Origin: Thermodesulfovibrionales bacterium
GTDB taxonomy: Bacteria > Nitrospirota > Thermodesulfovibrionia > Thermodesulfovibrionales > SM23-35
NCBI GenBank assembly: GCA_963715195.1
Contig: CAVQRT010000008.1
Span: forward strand, 1-64,000
Length of the DNA stretch: 64,000 nucleotides
Reading direction: 5' to 3'
In this document: one piece after another, positions 39,378 through 48,998 of the stretch
Layout of the letters: every line of letters starts with the position of its first letter
How positions within the stretch are numbered: the first letter of the stretch is position 1
The notes under the pieces: generated by a model
What the model was told of the DNA's origin: nothing
Seen by the model: only the letters and a program-made list of their open reading frames with translations
The model's database searches: none
Made by a program: the position numbers and the translations under genes

Positions 39378-39875
39378 ATAAGCAGGGATATTCGAGTCAA
39401 TCAGCATATAAGGGCAAGGGAAGTAAGGCTCATTGATGCTGACGGAGGACAACTCGGCATAATGCCGGTCTTTGAAGCTTTAAAAGTTGCAAAAGAGAGA
39501 CAGCTTGATCTTGTCGAAGTGGCACCGAATGTAGTCCCGCCGGTCTGTAAAATTCTCGATTTTGGCAGGTACCGTTATCAGCTCAGCAAGAAGCAGACGC
39601 AGAAGAAGGCGATGGGATTGAAAGAAGTAAAGATACGGCCTCAGATAACAGAATACGATCTGGGCCTGAAGGTGAAGAATATACGACGTTTCCTTGATGA
39701 GGGGAATAAGGCGAAAGTGACGATGTTTTTCAGGGGCAGAGAGATCATCAGGCCTGAAATCGGCATGAAAGTGTTCGAAAAATTGACCCAACTACTCACC
39801 GGAAAGTTCAATGTTGAGCAGGCACCGAAACTCGAGGGAAATCATATTACGATGGTAGTCACGCCGAAATCCTAG
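39378..39875 (+). CDS. infC: Translation initiation factor IF-3 (ATA start)
   Basis: AGGAGGTGA SD then ATA 39378 in frame (SRDIRVNQHIRAREVRLID...LDLVEV...PPVCKILD...KEVKIRP...FRGRE). Confidence 0.95.
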   Translation: MSRDIRVNQHIRAREVRLIDADGGQLGIMPVFEALKVAKERQLDLVEVAPNVVPPVCKILDFGRYRYQLSKKQTQKKAMGLKEVKIRPQITEYDLGLKVKNIRRFLDEGNKAKVTMFFRGREIIRPEIGMKVFEKLTQLLTGKFNVEQAPKLEGNHITMVVTPKS

Positions 39876-39922
39876 GAACACGACGAAATCCGGAGGCCGA
39901 GCTTACCAGTACAAGACCTTTA

Positions 39923-39951
39923 TTTACACTTCTTATAATATCTGCTATACT
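39923..39951 (+). promoter_or_regulatory. Internal sigma70 promoter for rpmI-rplT
   Basis: TTTACA-17 bp-TATACT with an extended TG. Confidence 0.65.
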
Positions 39952-40017
39952 ATTTTTTCGATTTTTTCGAACGCTTGAACCAATAACTGATAGAAACGTT
40001 ATATTGCGGAGGATACA

Positions 40018-40215
40018 ATGCCAAAGCTCAAAACCCACAGAGGTGCTGCGAAACGGCTGAAAGTTACCGGCACGGGAAAGTTCAAAAAAAGGAGCGGGTA
40101 CAAGAGCCATCTTCTCACGGGAAAACCGGCCAAGAGGATACGGGGACTCAGGAAAGCCTCTTTGGTGTCCGAGAGTGAACACGACAGAATGAAGAAGCTC
40201 CTGCCGTATCACTGA
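40018..40215 (+). CDS. rpmI: 50S ribosomal protein L35
   Basis: [22 protein letters not shown]. Confidence 0.97.
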   Translation: MPKLKTHRGAAKRLKVTGTGKFKKRSGYKSHLLTGKPAKRIRGLRKASLVSESEHDRMKKLLPYH

Positions 40216-40318
40216 GGCGGGTGTGATGAATTCTTCGGCAGCAATAAACGCACGCAAGAGTGGCTTCAAGCTTTTCGGCTGCCATACAACGGATTGAAAA
40301 GTCACTGGGGAGGATTTT

Positions 40319-40666
40319 ATGCCAAGGGCAAAGGGTGGATTCAAGACACGGAGAAGAAGAAAAAAGATATTGGAGAAGGCGAAAGGGTATTACGGAGCCA
40401 AGAGCCGGCTTTACCGTATCGCCACCGAGGCGGTTGACAAGGCTCTGCAGTATTCATACAGGGACCGCAGGGCGAAGAAGCGTGAGTTCAGAGCGCTCTG
40501 GATCATCAGGATCAATGCGGCCCTGCGAGCAGTGGGTATGACCTACAGCCAGTTCATGGCAAGACTGAAAAAGGCAAATATTGCATTGAACAGAAAAGCG
40601 CTTGCCGATATGGCGTACCGTGACCTCGCAGCATTTCACCGGCTTGTTGAAAAAGTAAAGAGCTGA
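40319..40666 (+). CDS. rplT: 50S ribosomal protein L20
   Basis: MPRAKGG, AKGYYG, YRDRR.KKR.FR.LWI.RINAA. Confidence 0.98.
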   Translation: MPRAKGGFKTRRRRKKILEKAKGYYGAKSRLYRIATEAVDKALQYSYRDRRAKKREFRALWIIRINAALRAVGMTYSQFMARLKKANIALNRKALADMAYRDLAAFHRLVEKVKS

Positions 40667-40674
40667 AACAAGCA

Positions 40675-41688
40675 GTGGATGACCTTTTTTCTCTCAGGGA
40701 TTCATTCCGGAAAGAATCCGCATCAGTTAACTCTCTGGCCGGACTTCAGAAACTGAGGATACAGTACCTGGGGAAAAAGGGTCTTGTTACGGAAAAGCTC
40801 AAGGCCCTGTCATCGATTGATCCTGAACAGCGCCCGGCCTACGGCAAGGCGGTCAACGAAATAAAAGCATTCATTGAAGAACAGCTCCGTCAAACCGAAT
40901 CTCTCCTTAAATCACAGGAGTATCAAAAGAGTATTCTCAGCGACTCTCTCGATGTAACCCTGCCGGGCAGGTATACCCCTCTCGGCAAAGAACATCCAAT
41001 TCAGCAGGTGCTTTCCGAAATAACCGGTATCTTTTCCTCCATGGGATTTGAGGTCGGAGAGGGACCCGAGGTCGAACTCGACTACTATAATTTTGAAGCG
41101 CTGAACATGCCGAAAAACCATCCTGCACGGGATATGCAGGATACGTTTTATATTTCTGATGAGGTCGTTCTCAGGACGCATACCTCGCCGGTGCAGATAC
41201 GGGTGATGGAAAAGAGGACCCCCCCGTTGAAGGTTGTTGCTCCCGGAAAAGTATACCGTTGTGATGCCGATGTCTCCCACACCCCGATGTTTCATCAGGT
41301 TGAGGGTTTTATGGTGGATACGGATATTGCTTTCAGTGACCTCAAAGGCGTACTGCAGCTTTTTATCCATACCATGTTCAGTACAGAAACTCCGGTGAGA
41401 TTCAGGCCGAGTTTTTTCCCTTTTACCGAGCCAAGCGCAGAGGTGGATATTGGCTGCATTTTCTGCGCAGGAAAAGGATGCAGTGTCTGCAAGCAAACAG
41501 GATGGCTCGAGATACTGGGTGCAGGCATGATTCATCCGCGGGTCTTTGAATATGTGGGATACGACCCTGAGTTGTATACGGGATTTGCCTTCGGCATGGG
41601 AGTCGAGCGTATTACCATGCTGAAGTTTCGCATTGACGACATCAGGCTCTTTTTCGAAAACGATCTGCGGTTCCTCAGGCAGTTCTGA
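40675..41688 (+). CDS. pheS: Phenylalanine--tRNA ligase alpha subunit
   Basis: HPARDMQDTF, LRTHTSPVQ, FHQVEG, FPFTEPS, GFAFGMGVER. Confidence 0.98.
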   Translation: MDDLFSLRDSFRKESASVNSLAGLQKLRIQYLGKKGLVTEKLKALSSIDPEQRPAYGKAVNEIKAFIEEQLRQTESLLKSQEYQKSILSDSLDVTLPGRYTPLGKEHPIQQVLSEITGIFSSMGFEVGEGPEVELDYYNFEALNMPKNHPARDMQDTFYISDEVVLRTHTSPVQIRVMEKRTPPLKVVAPGKVYRCDADVSHTPMFHQVEGFMVDTDIAFSDLKGVLQLFIHTMFSTETPVRFRPSFFPFTEPSAEVDIGCIFCAGKGCSVCKQTGWLEILGAGMIHPRVFEYVGYDPELYTGFAFGMGVERITMLKFRIDDIRLFFENDLRFLRQF

Positions 41689-41720
41689 TACTATCTGTTA
41701 CGCAAATGTAACTCGTCCCC

Positions 41721-41749
41721 TTGTCAATCATATTCCGCACGGATATAAT
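41721..41749 (+). promoter_or_regulatory. Sigma70 promoter, leaderless, of pheT
   Basis: TTGTCA-17 bp-TATAAT, 7 nt before ATG 41757, no SD. Confidence 0.65.
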
Positions 41750-41756
41750 ACACGTC

Positions 41757-43829
41757 ATGCGGATTCCTTACACGTGGCTCAAGGATTTCATAGAGTTCAG
41801 CCCTCCTCCCGAGGAAATTGCCCAAATGCTTACGATGACGGGCCTCGAAGTTGAAGGCACCGAGACTCTCGGAAACGATACCATTTTTGAAGTCAATGTT
41901 ACACCAAACAGGCCGGATTGTCTCAGCATTCTGGGGATAGCAAGAGAATTAGCGGCGGTTCTCAGCAGCCCCCTGAAAATTCCTCTCCATGAAATCAATG
42001 GCGTGCAACCGGTCTCAGAATATTCAATCGAAATTCTGAATCCCGATCTCTGCAACAGGTATACAGGGCGGGTTGTGACCGGGGTCAGAATCTCGGATTC
42101 GCCGGATTGGGTTGTGGAGCGGCTCGAAAAATGCGGAATCCGGTCAATCAACAATATTGTTGATATCACAAACTATGTGCTCCTGGAGTTTGGTCATCCC
42201 CTTCACGCATTTGATGCCGATCTGCTGACCGGAAAACAGGTGAGGGTGGGCACCCCCAACGCAATAAGAGGGCATCTGCAGGAGACGAAAATGCAGACGC
42301 TTGATGGTGCAGAGCGCGAAATACCAGGTGATTCGTTGCTGATATGGGACGCTGAAAAACCCATCGCTGTTGCGGGTGTCATGGGTGGTTTGGACACAGA
42401 AGTAACCGACCGGACGAGGAATATCTTTCTCGAAAGCGCCTATTTTGATCCGGTCTCGATACGGAAAACATCCAAAAAACTCTGTCTGATCAGTGAATCC
42501 TCTTACCGGTTTGAGCGGGGAACAGATGTGGAATTCCTTGAAAAGGCTTTGGATCGTGCTGCCCGGCTGATGAAAGAAATTGCAGGCGGGACGGTCCATG
42601 CCATTCTTGATGCGTATCCGGTTCCCTATGTGGCTGAACCGATTACAGTCCGGCAGGAAAGAATAAACCGAATTCTGGGCACTGGACTTGCGAATGACGA
42701 CATGGTCGAAATTCTGGAGAGACTGGGGATACCTTCGGAAGCGAAGGGCGGCGAGATTATCGTATACCCCCCTGCACACCGGCGCGATATGAAAAGGGAA
42801 TGTGACGTATCTGAGGAGGTGGCACGGATATACGGCTTCGACAAAATTCAGACAACAGTATCCCGAAGTCCCCTTTCATCAGGGAGATTGAGCAGGAGAT
42901 CACTCGCTGTCCAGCAGATTCGTGAAACTATGAGGAAAGCGGGTTTTTCTGCTGTTATCAATTACAGTTTTATGAACATGGCAAGTCTCGATACTATGGG
43001 AATTGCTGATGCAGACGAGAGGCGCAATGCCGTCTCTATCAGCAATCCTCTCAGCCAGGATGAATGTCTCTTGCGAACGACATTGGCTCCTTCCCTGATC
43101 TCTAATCTGCGATATAATCTTGACAGAGGGATGAAGGAGGTTCGACTCTTCGAGATATCGAGTGTGTTTGTGAATACCGGGCAAACCCTCCCCTCGGAAC
43201 AATTGAGGCTTGGCGGAATATGGTACAGGGAGAAAACACCTTCACTCTGGAGAGAGGATGTGCCCGGGTTCTATCTCGCGAAAGGAGCATTGCAAGCGCT
43301 CTTCGAAGAGGTAAAAGTGAGATCGTGTGAGTTCATCCCTTCTTCGGAATTATTTTTACATGCGGGACAGTCAGCCGATATTATTGTCTCAGGTTCCCGG
43401 ATCGGGTATATAGGGGTTCCCGGTCCTCACGTCATGGACAGTCTTCATGTAAAGAAGATTAAACCGGAAATTGTTCTTTTTGAAGTTGACCTTGAACTGC
43501 TCCTGGCCGCAGCACCTGATTCGATACAATTCCATCCTCTGGCAAAATACCCTTCTGTTGAACGCGATATCGCTGTCGTGCTCGATGAAACGATTCCATC
43601 TTCCCGCATCCGGGAAATCATTGCATCCTATCCAACAGAACTGATAGAAGAGGTCTCCGTATTCGATTATTTCAAGGGCGGCAATATCCCGGAGGGCAGG
43701 AAAAGCCTCGCATTGAATATTCTCTACAGAGCTCAGGACAGGACCCTCACGGATGGGGAGATCGAAGAACTTCATGCCAAACTGGTGAAAGAGGTTCTTG
43801 AAAAGTCGGGTGGGGAGTTGAGGGCATGA
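41757..43829 (+). CDS. pheT: Phenylalanine--tRNA ligase beta subunit (short form lacking the OB/tRNA-binding domain)
   Basis: WLKDF..LTMTGLEVE followed directly by TPNRPDCLS; INNIVDITNYV, SYRFERG, EEVARIYG, FDX-ACB tail (RDIA, KSLA, RTLT). Confidence 0.96.
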   Translation: MRIPYTWLKDFIEFSPPPEEIAQMLTMTGLEVEGTETLGNDTIFEVNVTPNRPDCLSILGIARELAAVLSSPLKIPLHEINGVQPVSEYSIEILNPDLCNRYTGRVVTGVRISDSPDWVVERLEKCGIRSINNIVDITNYVLLEFGHPLHAFDADLLTGKQVRVGTPNAIRGHLQETKMQTLDGAEREIPGDSLLIWDAEKPIAVAGVMGGLDTEVTDRTRNIFLESAYFDPVSIRKTSKKLCLISESSYRFERGTDVEFLEKALDRAARLMKEIAGGTVHAILDAYPVPYVAEPITVRQERINRILGTGLANDDMVEILERLGIPSEAKGGEIIVYPPAHRRDMKRECDVSEEVARIYGFDKIQTTVSRSPLSSGRLSRRSLAVQQIRETMRKAGFSAVINYSFMNMASLDTMGIADADERRNAVSISNPLSQDECLLRTTLAPSLISNLRYNLDRGMKEVRLFEISSVFVNTGQTLPSEQLRLGGIWYREKTPSLWREDVPGFYLAKGALQALFEEVKVRSCEFIPSSELFLHAGQSADIIVSGSRIGYIGVPGPHVMDSLHVKKIKPEIVLFEVDLELLLAAAPDSIQFHPLAKYPSVERDIAVVLDETIPSSRIREIIASYPTELIEEVSVFDYFKGGNIPEGRKSLALNILYRAQDRTLTDGEIEELHAKLVKEVLEKSGGELRA

Positions 43830-44084
43830 TATGCATCCACCAGCTTTCAGAACTCCAAATGCATATTCATTCCGTCTGACCTTCAATATATTTTGTCTGC
43901 AGGAAGAATGACTGCGCTCCCAAATCCCGGCACTGGGCGGCACTTTGCAGCGCTTTTCCCCCGTCCGGGACAAGGATTCTGACCCCCCAGGCATCAGTGG
44001 TCTCATCCATGCGGGGAGATCATGATTCTTGAAAAGATATCGTTGTGTAATTAACATAGAGAAAAAGAGGTAAGGCAAAGCGAG

Positions 44085-45779
44085 ATGGGCGGCAAAGCAC
44101 GGCCAGACATAAAGTTAGAACTCAGGTATTTCAAACGATATCCATTATCGGTTGATTGCGTTGTCAATTTTCGCCGCGCAGCGTTTCCCGCAAAAACGGT
44201 TGATTACTCGTTCAACGGGCTGAGTATTGTGATAGCATCTGCCCCTCACATCGTGCCCGGTGACGTTTTAACACTGCAGATCAGCGCCTTACATCTCTGT
44301 CAAACAGCCCGTGTCCAATGGACAGCTCAAACATCATCAGGACTCAGGGCAGGTCTTCTGAAAGAAGGAGTGTTCAGGGGTGCTCTTTCTCACTACAGCC
44401 TCGCGGACATTCTTATAGGCTTTCAAAAAACACTGAAGACCGGGATTCTCGATATAAAACAAGGCGCAATGAACAAGATACTCTATATCAGGAAAGGAGA
44501 CGTGATATACGCATTCTCAAATCAGCCCGAAGATCAACTCGGGAGGCTGCTGCTGCGCCGTCGGGGGATCACTCAGGAGCAGCATGCCTTTGCCATGGAA
44601 CAAGAGCGGAAGACGGGCAGACGGTATCCCGAAATATTGGTCAGGGCGGGTATTCTCAGTGCCGAGCGCCTTGTGTCTTTCCGAAAATTGCAGTTGCAAA
44701 TGATCATAAAGAGCCTGTTCACGGCAACAGATGCACAGTTTGAATTTCATCGAAAATCTTTTTCTTTGCCGGACATCCCGTCATTGTCAGCGCCCATCGC
44801 AAATATCATATTTCACGAGGTGAAAAAGAGTGCTGATGTTGTTCTTCTTGAGGAATACCTCCTCGACAGAGTTGTCGATTTTTCTCCGACTCCTCTGAAT
44901 CTTTTTCAGCATATCAATCTGGAAGATCATGACAGGGCGATTATTTCCCTTGTGGATGGAAAGACAACCATTGAAGAAATCACGAAACTCTCACCATATG
45001 ACGCATCGAATACGTTGAAAACTCTCTATGCGTTTTTAGAAACGCGCATTCTGGAGATCAAACCAAACAAAGCAACTCCACAGGGGATTGCCTTTGAAGA
45101 AGTGATCGAAAAAATACAGGTTACTCCCGATGCTCTGATCGAGAAAATAGAAAACTTGTATAAGACATATTCTGCCTTAAGCTATTACGACGTGTTAGGT
45201 GTCCAGAAGACGGCCACCGGAGAAGAGATAAAAAAAGCTTATTTTAAACTCGCGAAGGAATTTCATCCTGATCTGCATTTCAATCTCCCGAGAGATATGA
45301 AAAAGAAACTGCTGGAAGTTTTCATCTGTATGACGAACGCGTATCTGACGCTGCGTGATCCCGAAAAGCGGAAAACCTATAGCCCCCGCGAAGACTGCAC
45401 ACGGATAAAGCAGCCCAATACCATGAAAAACCAGGATATTGCTGAATCCAAATTTGCAGAGGGCCAGTACAAATTCAGAAAGCAGGACTTCGAAAAAGCA
45501 GCGGATCTCTTTGCTTCAGCAATATATTTCGATCATTCTGTAGCACGGTATTATTTTTATTATGGTTCCGCACTCGCTAAGATCGGGAAACAGAGAGAGG
45601 CGCTTGAGGCTCTCAAGAAGGCGCTTGAGCTCAAACCTTCAGATCCGGATATCCTTGCAGAGATGGGTCATGTCTATTTACAACTGGGGTTCCCGCTCAG
45701 GGCTCAGGGATACTTTAAGAAGATCCTTCAAAAACATCCTTCCCATAAGAGGGCGCTTGAGGGAATGGCAATAACGTAG
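44085..45779 (+). CDS. PilZ + DUF4388-like + DnaJ + TPR multidomain protein
   Basis: RYFKR and DYSFNG (PilZ); LADIL...KTGIL...LYIRKGDV (DUF4388-like); YYDVLGV...IKKAY.KLAKEFHPD (J domain); C-terminal TPRs. Confidence 0.85.
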   Translation: MGGKARPDIKLELRYFKRYPLSVDCVVNFRRAAFPAKTVDYSFNGLSIVIASAPHIVPGDVLTLQISALHLCQTARVQWTAQTSSGLRAGLLKEGVFRGALSHYSLADILIGFQKTLKTGILDIKQGAMNKILYIRKGDVIYAFSNQPEDQLGRLLLRRRGITQEQHAFAMEQERKTGRRYPEILVRAGILSAERLVSFRKLQLQMIIKSLFTATDAQFEFHRKSFSLPDIPSLSAPIANIIFHEVKKSADVVLLEEYLLDRVVDFSPTPLNLFQHINLEDHDRAIISLVDGKTTIEEITKLSPYDASNTLKTLYAFLETRILEIKPNKATPQGIAFEEVIEKIQVTPDALIEKIENLYKTYSALSYYDVLGVQKTATGEEIKKAYFKLAKEFHPDLHFNLPRDMKKKLLEVFICMTNAYLTLRDPEKRKTYSPREDCTRIKQPNTMKNQDIAESKFAEGQYKFRKQDFEKAADLFASAIYFDHSVARYYFYYGSALAKIGKQREALEALKKALELKPSDPDILAEMGHVYLQLGFPLRAQGYFKKILQKHPSHKRALEGMAIT

Positions 45780-45852
45780 ACTCCTGGGTGCACCCTTTTG
45801 CCTGCTTTCCTCATATGCCCCCCGTTCCCTTGACTTTCCCCCATCACCCTGC

Positions 45853-45877
45853 TTAAATAGAAACGAATTCTATTTAA
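45853..45877. promoter_or_regulatory. Palindromic operator, putative Zur box
   Basis: Perfect 10-5-10 inverted repeat TTAAATAGAA-ACGAA-TTCTATTTAA over the -10 region, downstream of TTGACT (45830-35). Confidence 0.7.
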
Positions 45878-45888
45878 TGCGGGCAGGT

Positions 45889-46332
45889 ATGAACGAAGAT
45901 CTTACGGCATCCCTCAGACGTCTGAACCTTAAGGTAACCCCCAAAAGAATTGCCATCATTGAAATACTCATGGGGGCGTCCGGGTATCTGAGCCCTGAGG
46001 AGATCTGGAGCAAAATGAAAAAACGGTTTAACCATATTGGCCTTCCGACGGTATACCGGAATCTGGAAGAACTTGCGAAAGGGAATATTATATCCAAGAT
46101 TACCCACCCGAACCGGCAGCTCTACTACTTTTTCTGCGGCAACAGCGAACATCATCACCATTTCGTGTGCCTGTCGTGCCATACGGTGGATGATATCAGC
46201 TTCTGTGCGATCCGTGAGTTGCAAAAAGAGGTCAGGAAAAAACTGAATGCGCAGGTTGTCTCCCACATTCTCCAGGTGAACGGGCTTTGCAAAGAGTGCC
46301 TGAAAAAAAGCCTTAAAGAGGATCCTGCATGA
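45889..46332 (+). CDS. zur: Fur-family regulator, probably Zur
   Basis: TPKR, TVYRNL, HHHHFVCLSC, CKEC; heads znuACB. Start is 45877 or 45889. Confidence 0.85.
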   Translation: MNEDLTASLRRLNLKVTPKRIAIIEILMGASGYLSPEEIWSKMKKRFNHIGLPTVYRNLEELAKGNIISKITHPNRQLYYFFCGNSEHHHHFVCLSCHTVDDISFCAIRELQKEVRKKLNAQVVSHILQVNGLCKECLKKSLKEDPA

Positions 46333-47306
46333 AGAAAGGAATATTATCGGTTTCCATACCGTTGCTGCTCATACTACTGATGTCCTTTTCGTGCAGCAAA
46401 AAAGAGGCGGTTCCGGTCGGGTATAAAACAATCAAAGTGGTAACAACACTGTTCCCGCTTTATGATTTTGCGAGAAATGTAGGTGGAGAGACGGTTCAGA
46501 TCGAACTGCTGCTCCCTCCCGGCATTGAGCCACACAGTTTTGAACCCAAGCCTGCTGACATCCGTAAAATCAGTGAGGCAGATCTGTTATTTTATACCGG
46601 AAAGTTCATGGAGCCCTGGGTTGAGGATGTTCTGAAAGGAGTTGCCAGCAGAAATCTGCTCGTGGTCGATACGAGCACCGGTATTATGACCGCTGAAGGC
46701 CGTGATCTGCAGGGGCATCACCAAGGCGACAAGCACCCTGAAGGGAAACGCGGACATCGTCATGAACCTGGGGTGAAAGACCCCCATATCTGGCTTGACT
46801 TTTCGAATGCCAAAATAATGGTGGGGAATATTCTCAATGGCTTTATTGCCAAAGATCCCTCCAACAGGCGTATTTACATGAAAAACGCAGAAGCATACAC
46901 TATGGAATTATCGATGCTCGACAAACGATTTCGTGATGGACTTTCCTCATGCAGGAAAGATAAGATCATTCACGGGGGACATTTCGCCTTCGGGTATCTC
47001 GCGAGGAGATATCACCTGCAGTATCTTTCGGCGTATAAGGGATTTTCACCCAATGCGGAACCTGCCCCCGGCGATATTATAGAATTGATCCAAAATCTCA
47101 GGAAGCATCGTCTGAACTATATCTTTTTTGAAGAATTGGTTTCGTCTAATGTTGCTGAGACTATCGGACGTGAAACCGGCGCTCAACTTTTGATGCTTCA
47201 CGGGGCTCATAATATTTCGAAGGATGATTGGGATCAGAACGTGACCTTTTTGTCTTTGATGGAGAATAACCTGAAGAACCTTAGGATCGGTCTTGAATGT
47301 CAATGA
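46329..47306 (+). CDS. znuA: Zinc ABC transporter substrate-binding lipoprotein
   Basis: Lipobox SFSC, EPHSFEP, His-rich loop, DPHIWLD, HFAFGY. Confidence 0.88.
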   Translation: MKKGILSVSIPLLLILLMSFSCSKKEAVPVGYKTIKVVTTLFPLYDFARNVGGETVQIELLLPPGIEPHSFEPKPADIRKISEADLLFYTGKFMEPWVEDVLKGVASRNLLVVDTSTGIMTAEGRDLQGHHQGDKHPEGKRGHRHEPGVKDPHIWLDFSNAKIMVGNILNGFIAKDPSNRRIYMKNAEAYTMELSMLDKRFRDGLSSCRKDKIIHGGHFAFGYLARRYHLQYLSAYKGFSPNAEPAPGDIIELIQNLRKHRLNYIFFEELVSSNVAETIGRETGAQLLMLHGAHNISKDDWDQNVTFLSLMENNLKNLRIGLECQ

Positions 47307-48052
47307 CGATTGTTACCGTCAATAATCTCAGTTTCCGGTATAACTCCATGGACGTGTTGAGTAATATTTCATTTGATGTCAATGCTGGTGACTTCATAGG
47401 ATTGGTAGGTCCGAACGGATCCGGGAAGACGACGGCAATCAAGGTGATACTGGGGCTTTTGAAACAGACGAACGGTGCTGTCTCACTGTTCGGAACGAAT
47501 GTGAATAATTTCAGAGACTGGAGAAAGGTCGGATATCTTCCGCAGAAACTAACACATTTCAATCCTTACTTTCCCGCAACGGTGAAGGAGATTGTCTCAT
47601 CCGGGTTGTTCTCGTCAAAAAAATTCCCGAAAAGGATTCAGCGGTCTGATGAGGCTTTGATTGATGAAGCTCTGAACATGACGGATGTTGCAGATATCAG
47701 AGACGAGATGATCGGGGAACTTTCAGGAGGCCAGCAGCAACGGGTTCTCCTTGCCCGTGCGGTCATCAACCGACCGGAACTGCTGATTCTTGATGAACCG
47801 ACGACGGCTCTGGATCCTGAAGCGCGGGAAAAGTTTTTTCAGACGATTATGGGACTGAACCAAACCAGGAACATGACAATCATTCTCATCACCCACGATA
47901 TAGCAAGCATAGGCAAATATGCATTCAAACTCCTGTATCTCGACAAGCAGATTATCTTTTACGGAAGTTTCGAAGACTTCTGCGTGTCGGAAAAGATGAC
48001 AAATTACTTCGGGGAATTCACACAACACCTCATATGCCACAGGCATGATTAA
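47297..48052 (+). CDS. znuC: Zinc ABC transporter ATPase
   Basis: GPNGSGKT, GYLPQ, LSGGQQQR, LDEPT, C-terminal HLICHRH. Confidence 0.88.
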   Translation: MSMTIVTVNNLSFRYNSMDVLSNISFDVNAGDFIGLVGPNGSGKTTAIKVILGLLKQTNGAVSLFGTNVNNFRDWRKVGYLPQKLTHFNPYFPATVKEIVSSGLFSSKKFPKRIQRSDEALIDEALNMTDVADIRDEMIGELSGGQQQRVLLARAVINRPELLILDEPTTALDPEAREKFFQTIMGLNQTRNMTIILITHDIASIGKYAFKLLYLDKQIIFYGSFEDFCVSEKMTNYFGEFTQHLICHRHD

Positions 48053-48054
48053 GT

Positions 48055-48876
48055 ATGGAGATCTTTAGTTTCTTCCAGTATGCATTCATGTGGAGAGCCG
48101 TCATAGCCGGTTCCTTCATTGCACTGGTCTGTGCCATTCTGGGGGTTCTCCTCGTATTGCGGCGGCTTTCGCTGATAGGGGACGGACTTGCGCATGTTAC
48201 GTTCGGGAGTGTGGCGGTAGGGCTGCTCTTCAAGCAGCATCCCGTGTATCTTTCGATCCCTATCGTCATGGCCAGTTCATTGGGTATCATGAAACTAACC
48301 GAGAAAGCGAGGCTATTCGGAGATGCGGCAATCGGCATTGTTTCCTCCCTGGGGATCGCAGGGGGAATTATCATTGCCAGTGTTGCCGGCGGTTTCAACA
48401 TCGATATCTTCAGTTTCCTCTTCGGCAACATTCTGGCGATCAGCCGGACGGAGGTTTTGACATCAATTGCCCTTTCGATCGTCGTGCTTCTTGTTATCTT
48501 TTTTTTCTATCACGAGCATTTTTCGACTGCCTTTGACGAAGAGTTTGCAAAAATATCCGGAATTGACACGGGAAAGATCAATGCCATCCTTGTTCTTCTG
48601 ACGGGTATAACGGTTGTCCTCGCCATGAAGATTGTTGGGATCATGCTCACCTCATCACTGCTGATCCTTCCACCGGTAACGGCACTGCAGATCGCACGGA
48701 GCTTCAAAAATACCATGGTCGTTTCAGCACTATGCAGCATCATATCGGTTATCACCGGTATCTCTGCATCTTTTGTCCTGAACCTGCCGACGGGTGCGAC
48801 AATTGTCATCGTGAATTTTCTGCTTTTTGTAACAGCATATACCTATAAGAGCGCTATCCAGAGCAAATACCATTAA
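48055..48876 (+). CDS. znuB: Zinc ABC transporter permease
   Basis: LSLIGDGLAH, FLFGNIL, FDEEFA, polytopic. Confidence 0.88.
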   Translation: MEIFSFFQYAFMWRAVIAGSFIALVCAILGVLLVLRRLSLIGDGLAHVTFGSVAVGLLFKQHPVYLSIPIVMASSLGIMKLTEKARLFGDAAIGIVSSLGIAGGIIIASVAGGFNIDIFSFLFGNILAISRTEVLTSIALSIVVLLVIFFFYHEHFSTAFDEEFAKISGIDTGKINAILVLLTGITVVLAMKIVGIMLTSSLLILPPVTALQIARSFKNTMVVSALCSIISVITGISASFVLNLPTGATIVIVNFLLFVTAYTYKSAIQSKYH

Positions 48877-48998
48877 ATTCCTCTCGCACAATAATCTGAG
48901 GGGAAATCAGCATGAATCTCTCCTTAAACGAGTCTCTAGGCGACCCGACAAGCGGGACTGATACTTATTGGAACAGAGTCCACTATGAATACTGCAGG

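Noticed and set aside
43389..44078. 229-aa minus-strand ORF
   Set aside because: Mostly antisense to pheT, with no motifs. The 43830-44084 spacer shows only weak hairpins.
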